This document shows positions 15,717-21,510 of a DNA stretch of 21,510 bases, piece after piece. Positions within the stretch are counted from its first letter, which is position 1, and each line of letters starts with the position of its first letter. A model generated the notes under the pieces. The model searched no databases. It saw only the letters and a list, made by a program, of their open reading frames with translations, and was not told the origin of the DNA. Position numbers and translations under genes: made by a program. The stretch is from Promethearchaeota archaeon. Lineage in GTDB: Archaea > Asgardarchaeota > Lokiarchaeia > Sigyniarchaeales > SOKP01. The stretch lies in contig JBHLPW010000073.1 of the NCBI GenBank assembly GCA_048939015.1, forward strand, positions 1-21,510, given 5' to 3'.

Positions 15717-18680
15717 TTGACAACTAAAGAACCGATTGATCACCAAGAGCCACTAGATACTGAAAGAATTGAGAGCTTAATTTTAAATGGATATAATGAA
15801 AAAGCTGCTGAAGAATTATTTAGTATAATCGAAGATTATCAAAAACATCTTGATAAAGAGTTAATCTATCGAAGCCTAAGTTTATTAAATTTAATCTGTG
15901 ACAAATCACCGTCAATATCAGAAAGAGCCATAAAAAATATAACTCATTTCATTAATGATTCAGATTCTTGGAATAGATTGGTTTCATTAGAAATATTGTA
16001 TCAAATTAGTTTATTTAGGCCAAATTTATTAATAGAATTACTCGAAAAAATTCGAAAACGATTATATGACCAAGATCCTTCGGTAAGGAGATTAACTGTA
16101 AAGATCATTGGTAATCTCATTTTATCTTTATATATAGATAAGGATGAATTACAAGAGATTATTGAAGAATACAATGAGAAACTCCTAGATAATGACTGGA
16201 AAGTAAAATTGAATGTAATTAAAACCATCCAAAAAGTCTTAAACCAAGATTATACTAAAATCCGAAACTTAGAACCTCTATTATCAATGGTAATTATTAA
16301 TCTAAGAGATGAAGATGATGATGTTGCTCGAGCAGCAGCAGAGCTTTTAAAAATTCATGGGACTTATTTTTTATCAAAAGAGAAAATTTTTTATATCTTA
16401 TTAAACCTGCTTTATAATGAAGAGAATCGGGTTAAGGAACTTATTATTTGGCTTTTTGGAGAAATTGGTAAAGAAAAATCATCTGAGATAATCTCAATCA
16501 TTCCAAAATTGATTAATTTATTAAAAGAAAAAGATTATCGTATTCAAATAAAAGTCATTGAAGCTCTTGTAAATATTGCCGAAAATAACTTTGATCAAAT
16601 TTGGGCAAATTTACTTCATTCGTTATTAGAAGCTAGTGATTCAAATTATAGAAATACTTTAGTAAATGCCCTTTTCCATTTAAGCCGTAAAAATATAAAT
16701 TATATATTCCCGTATCTATTTGAAGAACTTGAAAATCCCTCCGAAAATATAAGAGAAGCAATTACTCTTGTTTTTCAACGATTATTCGAAGAATATCAGA
16801 TTGAAATAGAAAATGAAATAACCAAGATCCTATATCAATTAGAATCACGCTTCTGGAGAGAAAGAAAAAAAACCATTAGCTTACTCCAAAATATATGTTT
16901 TATTTTAGAAAATAAAAAGATGGCAGTTTGGATTACAATAGAATTAAATAATGCTTTAAATATGGAAAAAGACCCCGAAGTTAAAACTGAAATTCTCTAT
17001 ACTCTCAAAAATATTCGAGTAAGCTTTCCAGATATAAATGATTCTATTGCTAAAATTAACAACGATTTAGCAATTTTTCATAAAAAAATTATTGAATTCC
17101 AGAAAGTACCAGCAAAATTTAGGGAGAAATTAAATTCTTATATTGAAAATTTTAAATTCAACGATACTGAGATTCAATTAAATGAGAAATATAATAAGAT
17201 TCTAAAAGATATAAAAAATTTCTCACTTCTCATTAACAGATTTGAATATAAAAGATTAGCTTTTGATCTAATCGAGGATTGGGAAGAAACAAGAGTTCAG
17301 ATAATTGAAGAATTAAGCATTATTAAAGGATTTATTTCTGAGATTTGTGAAGAGAAGAAAGCTGAATTTGTATCTAATTTGAAAAAAGAAATTAACGTTA
17401 TAGCCAATCGAATTGATGTTTTAAAAGCTGAATTTGAATATTTGAGAGAAACTAAATTTGAAGTCCAAGTGGAAGAAAAGTCATCTCAATTTGGATTTGC
17501 TTATATTAAAGAAGAAAAATTAGCTAATATCACTCAAATAAGAAAGAAATTGTTTAAATTGGATGGTGATATAAGAGAGTTATTAATTTCTAACGTTGAA
17601 TTCAACGAAATATTTAAAGAGCTTTTACAGAAATGGGTATCAACTAAAATTGAAATCCAAGAATATTTGAATGATCTAGATCGCCAGATTAAACAAATGA
17701 AAGATAAATTAATTGAATATGAAGAAGCCATACCAATAAAGAGTACTAATTCTAAATCTAAATTGTATAGTAATGAACTAAGCTTTCAACTACTTCAAGG
17801 ACATATCCAATCTATCATTACTGAGAGAATCGAAGGGATGAAAAAATTCAATGATGATTTTAATAACCTCAATGATAAAATGGAATTTTTATTTAAAAAG
17901 GAAGAGTTTTCAGATGCTAAGAAATTAATAGAAATGAATTCAACACAAATTCAAAATTATATTGAGGATACAGAAAAACAAATTAATATCATTATCGGTA
18001 ATGAAAAAATCTTTGAAGATAATAATGTCTTTAATTTATATATAAGACCATATATTAACAAATTTAATTCATCTAAAGAACTTCTAATCAATCGATTGAA
18101 AAAATTTAATAGAAAAGCGAAAAACAAGATCTCTCTCAACCAATTGAAATATTATTCAAAAATTCTAAATCCAATTAAGTTAGACCTGTTATCATCCTAT
18201 ATGGACTTAGATATAGAACGGTTAAAGGACCTAATTTTAAAATTTAGGAATAAAAACAAACTCGAAGCAAAAATTATTAATGATAAACTTTATTTTCAGC
18301 AATTAGAATCTGAGATGGCTGACTCACAAGAAATCCTCTTCTTCAAGAATATAAAAACAATTGGTTCAGAAATTTATCTGAACTTTAAATTAACTAATCC
18401 TTCTAATTTTGATTATAAGGATTTGCAAATATCATTAAAAACACCATCTTATCTTAATTTTCAAAAAAAAGAAAGTTTTCCAAAATTCCTTCAAATAAAC
18501 GAACTTAAAGCGGGAAATGTCTTTAAATTCAATTATGTACTCAAAGTTGATAAGAGAAAAGAACTTAAAAAGAATTTATTTGACCCTTCGGCTGATGAAA
18601 TCAAACTTGACCTTTATTATCGGGATCAATTTAATATTTCCAGGAAATCAACTAAACATATAGACCTCTTTATTCCTTAA
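15717..18680 (+). CDS. 987-aa HEAT-repeat protein with coiled-coil middle, PCI-like winged helix and C-terminal Ig-like beta domain
   Basis: Repeated L.D.D..VR..A HEAT motifs (DSDSWNR, DQDPSVRR, DNDWKVK, DEDDDVARAA, EKDYRIQ, NPSENIREA). Heptad-rich aa ~440-810. PIKLDLLSSYMDL...LEAKIINDKLYF. Beta-rich tail with LNFKLTNPS and LDLYYRD. Confidence 0.8.
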   Translation: MTTKEPIDHQEPLDTERIESLILNGYNEKAAEELFSIIEDYQKHLDKELIYRSLSLLNLICDKSPSISERAIKNITHFINDSDSWNRLVSLEILYQISLFRPNLLIELLEKIRKRLYDQDPSVRRLTVKIIGNLILSLYIDKDELQEIIEEYNEKLLDNDWKVKLNVIKTIQKVLNQDYTKIRNLEPLLSMVIINLRDEDDDVARAAAELLKIHGTYFLSKEKIFYILLNLLYNEENRVKELIIWLFGEIGKEKSSEIISIIPKLINLLKEKDYRIQIKVIEALVNIAENNFDQIWANLLHSLLEASDSNYRNTLVNALFHLSRKNINYIFPYLFEELENPSENIREAITLVFQRLFEEYQIEIENEITKILYQLESRFWRERKKTISLLQNICFILENKKMAVWITIELNNALNMEKDPEVKTEILYTLKNIRVSFPDINDSIAKINNDLAIFHKKIIEFQKVPAKFREKLNSYIENFKFNDTEIQLNEKYNKILKDIKNFSLLINRFEYKRLAFDLIEDWEETRVQIIEELSIIKGFISEICEEKKAEFVSNLKKEINVIANRIDVLKAEFEYLRETKFEVQVEEKSSQFGFAYIKEEKLANITQIRKKLFKLDGDIRELLISNVEFNEIFKELLQKWVSTKIEIQEYLNDLDRQIKQMKDKLIEYEEAIPIKSTNSKSKLYSNELSFQLLQGHIQSIITERIEGMKKFNDDFNNLNDKMEFLFKKEEFSDAKKLIEMNSTQIQNYIEDTEKQINIIIGNEKIFEDNNVFNLYIRPYINKFNSSKELLINRLKKFNRKAKNKISLNQLKYYSKILNPIKLDLLSSYMDLDIERLKDLILKFRNKNKLEAKIINDKLYFQQLESEMADSQEILFFKNIKTIGSEIYLNFKLTNPSNFDYKDLQISLKTPSYLNFQKKESFPKFLQINELKAGNVFKFNYVLKVDKRKELKKNLFDPSADEIKLDLYYRDQFNISRKSTKHIDLFIP

Positions 18681-18817
18681 GGTTATAAGATCTACTTCTA
18701 TAATTACTTATAAAACAATTCGATTTATTCAAGATTTTAATAATTTATATGGAAAATATTAATATATCTAGCTCATCTATATAATACTACTAAAATTGAA
18801 TAGATAATATATAATAT

Positions 18818-18824
18818 GAGGTGA
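18818..18824 (+). promoter_or_regulatory. Shine-Dalgarno GAGGTGA of selD
   Basis: Strong archaeal SD 3 nt before ATG 18828. Confidence 0.8.
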
Positions 18825-18827
18825 AGA

Positions 18828-19859
18828 ATGCAAGAGTTAGATAGTTATCGATTGACTTTGCAAACAAAATTATTCGGGTGAAACTGTAAATTATCTGCTG
18901 ATAAACTAGAGAAACTTTTATCAAATGTTGGCCTTAAAGGTATGATTGAGGATTCTGCTCTTATCCCAGTGCCAAAAACCGATCTTCTGATGGCTAAAAA
19001 TATAGATATATTCACTCCCATTATCGATGAACCGGAAATTATGGGTCAAATTGCGGTTGTTAATGTAACTAACGATGTTTTTGCTTTAAATGTTCCTGAA
19101 ATATCAGGAATGCTTGTATTTTTGGGACTCAAAAAAAATATGCCTATGTACATAGCAGAAGGGATTTTATATGGAATTAAGAATTTTATGGAAAATAAAA
19201 TTAATTCCAAAGTATTAGGTGGCCATACAATCTACTCCGAATGGCCATTAATAGGAGGAGAAGCCTCAGGTTTTGTTCATAAAGACAAGGTTATTAAAAA
19301 GAATTACGTGAAAGAGGGAGATAAATTAATACTTACAAAACCAATTGGAAACCAAGCTATCATGGCAGCATATCGACTCCAAAAAAACAATCCTAAACTC
19401 TTAGAAACCTTTTCCATGAGTGAAATTGATGAAACCATAGAACTAGCAGTGGAACTAATGACTACACCACTTCAGGATGTTGTAAGAGCAATACATTCCT
19501 ATAATGATGTTTCATTCATTCATTCAATGACAGATGTAAGTGGGTTTGGTCTTGCGGGACATCTTAGAGAAATGCTTCAAAATTCACATCTCTCAACAAT
19601 AATAGAAAAGGTTCCTAGCATTAAACTGACAAGCGATTTAGCTTATGAGTTTGGATACAAATATGACGAGTGTGAAATGCCTGAAACTGCTGGAGGGATG
19701 TTATTATCTGTAGATCATGAACATGCTGAAGAATTTTCTCAGAGGCTTAATGAATTTGGTGTGAATAATTGGACTGTAGGCACGATCGATAACATTAACA
19801 AACCTAAATATGTTCGAGTTTCTAAAAATGCTGAACATATCGAAATAACTAAAATATAA
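18828..19859 (+). CDS. selD: Selenophosphate synthetase (selenide, water dikinase), selenoprotein with Sec18; 343 aa
   Basis: ATG 18828 gives MQELDSYRLTLQTKLFG-UGA(18879-81)-NCKLSADKL..., in frame with the 18942 ORF. GUNCK matches the catalytic G-C/U-x-C-K motif. Also DIFTPI, GGHT, LILTKPIG, TDVSGFGLAGHL and PETAGGML. Confidence 0.95.
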
Positions 19860-19931
19860 CGATGTCAATGAGATAAGCAAAAACACTTTATTGTGAGCGC
19901 TTATTGAGAATACTGCTGCAAAACAGCATCG
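19860..19931 (+). promoter_or_regulatory. Eukaryote-like SECIS element in the selD 3' UTR
   Basis: AUGA(19868-71)G, helix AUAAGC(19873-78)/GCUUAU(19899-904), unpaired AAAAA(19879-83), minihelix CAC/GUG, UGAG(19905-08). Possible basal helix CGAUG(19860-64)/CAUCG(19927-31). Confidence 0.85.
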
Positions 19932-20010
19932 GAAATATTGAAAAACATTATAAATTATCTTATTTTTTTACAAATTTTTTATTTCCTGTTATAATTTTTG
20001 ATATATTTAA

Positions 20011-20042
20011 TTATCGATATTTTCGATAAATATTATCGAAAA
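20011..20042. promoter_or_regulatory. Overlapping palindromic operator candidates upstream of the DCCP-like gene
   Basis: TTATCGA-N5-TCGATAA (20011-29) and TTTTCGATAA-N3-TTATCGAAAA (20020-42). Confidence 0.55.
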
Positions 20043-20111
20043 GATTAATAAATTAGAAATATTCCTACTTATACTATTTAAATTAAAATTAGAAATTAAG
20101 GAAATAAAAAA

Positions 20112-21401
20112 ATGACAACAGAAAAACCTGATTGGTATCCAATGTGGAAAGAATTGGGCTTAGATCTTGAGAAACATGATCAACTTTTGGGAGTGTTGCC
20201 CGAAATATTCAAACAAATTTATATTGATACACAAAAAAAACGACCTGAGGGAATGGGATTTTTTGATTTTGTTGTTAGTGACATCCACGGTATTCGAGTT
20301 AGTGAACTTATGAAAGCTAAAGAGGATGGTAAAAAAGTAATTGGAACCTTTTGTCTCTATATTCCAGATGAAATAATATTTGCTTTAGGTGCCATTGGTG
20401 TTGGTTTATGTGGAGGAACAAATTTCTCTAACTACGCTTCAGAGGATTTATTACCTACAAATATTTGTGCATTAATTAAATCTGCTCTTGGTTTTGGAAT
20501 AGGAAATATTTGCCCATATTATGCAATAACTGATATCTTGATTGGAGAAACAACATGTGATGGCAAGAAAAAAGCTTGGGAAGTTATATCTGAATTCAAA
20601 CCAATTTATATTGTAGAGACGCCTCAATGTAAGGATCGACCACAAGCTAAAGCTCATTTTCTTAAGGAATTAAAAGGATTAATCTCAAAACTAGAAGAAT
20701 TGACAGGAAATAAACTTACTCCTGAAAATTTAAAATTATCAATGGAAAAAATAAGTGAAAAGAGGAAACAACTAAGAAGAGTTTATGAAACAAGAAAAGC
20801 TGATCCTGTTCCCATTTCAGGAAAAGATGCTTTATTAGTGTCCCAAATTGCATTTTATGATGATCCTGATCGTCAAATTCAAATGGTTGGAAACTTAGCA
20901 AATGAACTAGAAGAGCGTGTAAAAAATCACATTGGAATTACAGACAAAGGAGTAAAAAGGATTTTAATAAGTGGAACTCCTATGGCTATACCAAATTGGA
21001 AGATGCATCATTTAGTAGAATCAACAGGAGCTGTTATTGTTGCGGAAGAAACTTGTACTGGTACCAGATATTTTGATTCTGAATATGATATAAAAGGAAA
21101 CTCTTTAGATGAACTTCTCGAATGTATTGTTGATAGATATCTAGGAATTAACTGTGCTTGCTTTACTCCAAATGATGGACGAAAAAAAGATATTTTAAAA
21201 CTTGTGAATGAATATAATGTTGATGGCGTTATACTCTATACATTAAATTTTTGTCAACCTTATGATATAGAAGCAATTGGTTTAGAAAGGGAACTTAAAA
21301 AAGAAAATATCCCGGTAATTTCAATATCAACTGATTATTCTTCAGAGGATGAAGCGCATTTAATAAACAGGATTGAAGCATTCTTAGAAATGCTAAAGTA
21401 A
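20112..21401 (+). CDS. 2-hydroxyacyl-CoA dehydratase (HgdAB/FldBC) superfamily protein, double-cubane-cluster protein (DCCP)-like
   Basis: HGIRV.EL...K..GKKVIGTFC.Y.P.E, LCGG, LP.NICALIKS, CPY, GETTCDGKKKAWE, EETCTGTRY, INCACFTPN, FCQPY, TDYS.ED...L..RIEAFLE. Confidence 0.85.
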   Translation: MTTEKPDWYPMWKELGLDLEKHDQLLGVLPEIFKQIYIDTQKKRPEGMGFFDFVVSDIHGIRVSELMKAKEDGKKVIGTFCLYIPDEIIFALGAIGVGLCGGTNFSNYASEDLLPTNICALIKSALGFGIGNICPYYAITDILIGETTCDGKKKAWEVISEFKPIYIVETPQCKDRPQAKAHFLKELKGLISKLEELTGNKLTPENLKLSMEKISEKRKQLRRVYETRKADPVPISGKDALLVSQIAFYDDPDRQIQMVGNLANELEERVKNHIGITDKGVKRILISGTPMAIPNWKMHHLVESTGAVIVAEETCTGTRYFDSEYDIKGNSLDELLECIVDRYLGINCACFTPNDGRKKDILKLVNEYNVDGVILYTLNFCQPYDIEAIGLERELKKENIPVISISTDYSSEDEAHLINRIEAFLEMLK

Positions 21402-21510
21402 GTCCATATTTTAAAAATTTTTTTTAATAATTAGGAACTAGATTTAATGGATTAAAAAAAAAAATAATAATTAATAATATTACATAATTAAATTCTTACT
21501 TGAATTGAAT

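Noticed and set aside
1393-20901. Short antisense or overlapping ORFs in the track (e.g. 1393-1632, 2232-2417, 3640-3822, 4365-4694, 6045-6281, 7942-8235, 15166-15437, 19704-19886, 20472-20901)
   Set aside because: All overlap well-supported genes, have F/S/I/L-rich shadow composition and show no motifs.
1-21510. CRISPR arrays, tRNA/rRNA genes, transposases, integrases
   Set aside because: No regularly spaced identical repeats, GC-rich cloverleaf or rRNA segments, or mobile-element ORFs seen.

Overview
A very AT-rich archaeal window, most likely Asgard/Lokiarchaeia. This is inferred from an HMf-type histone, methanofuran-biosynthesis homologues, a NOG1 GTPase and a Sec-containing SelD with a eukaryote-like 3' SECIS. 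It holds 18 protein genes: histone, two flavoredoxins, an EamA transporter, hexulose-phosphate isomerase, type II pantothenate kinase, a DUF362 Fe-S protein, two hypotheticals, Asd, NOG1, MfnF- and MfnE-like proteins, an alpha/beta hydrolase, a MaoC pair, a 987-aa HEAT/coiled-coil/PCI-like/Ig-like protein, SelD and a double-cubane-cluster (DCCP-like) protein. The best signals are absent from the ORF track: (1) a box H/ACA guide RNA at ~4262-4332 (K-turn, pocket, ACA, own TATA box) whose pocket matches 23S rRNA helix 69 at U1911; (2) selD really starts at 18828, reads through an in-frame UGA (GUNCK) and is followed by an AUGA/AAA/GA SECIS; (3) a degenerate ~181-bp tandem duplication rich in TGATCA motifs upstream of the histone gene; (4) a 45-bp promoter/operator module in three copies; (5) a probable AUA start codon for the mfnF-like gene. 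All alignments, folds and counts were done by eye.
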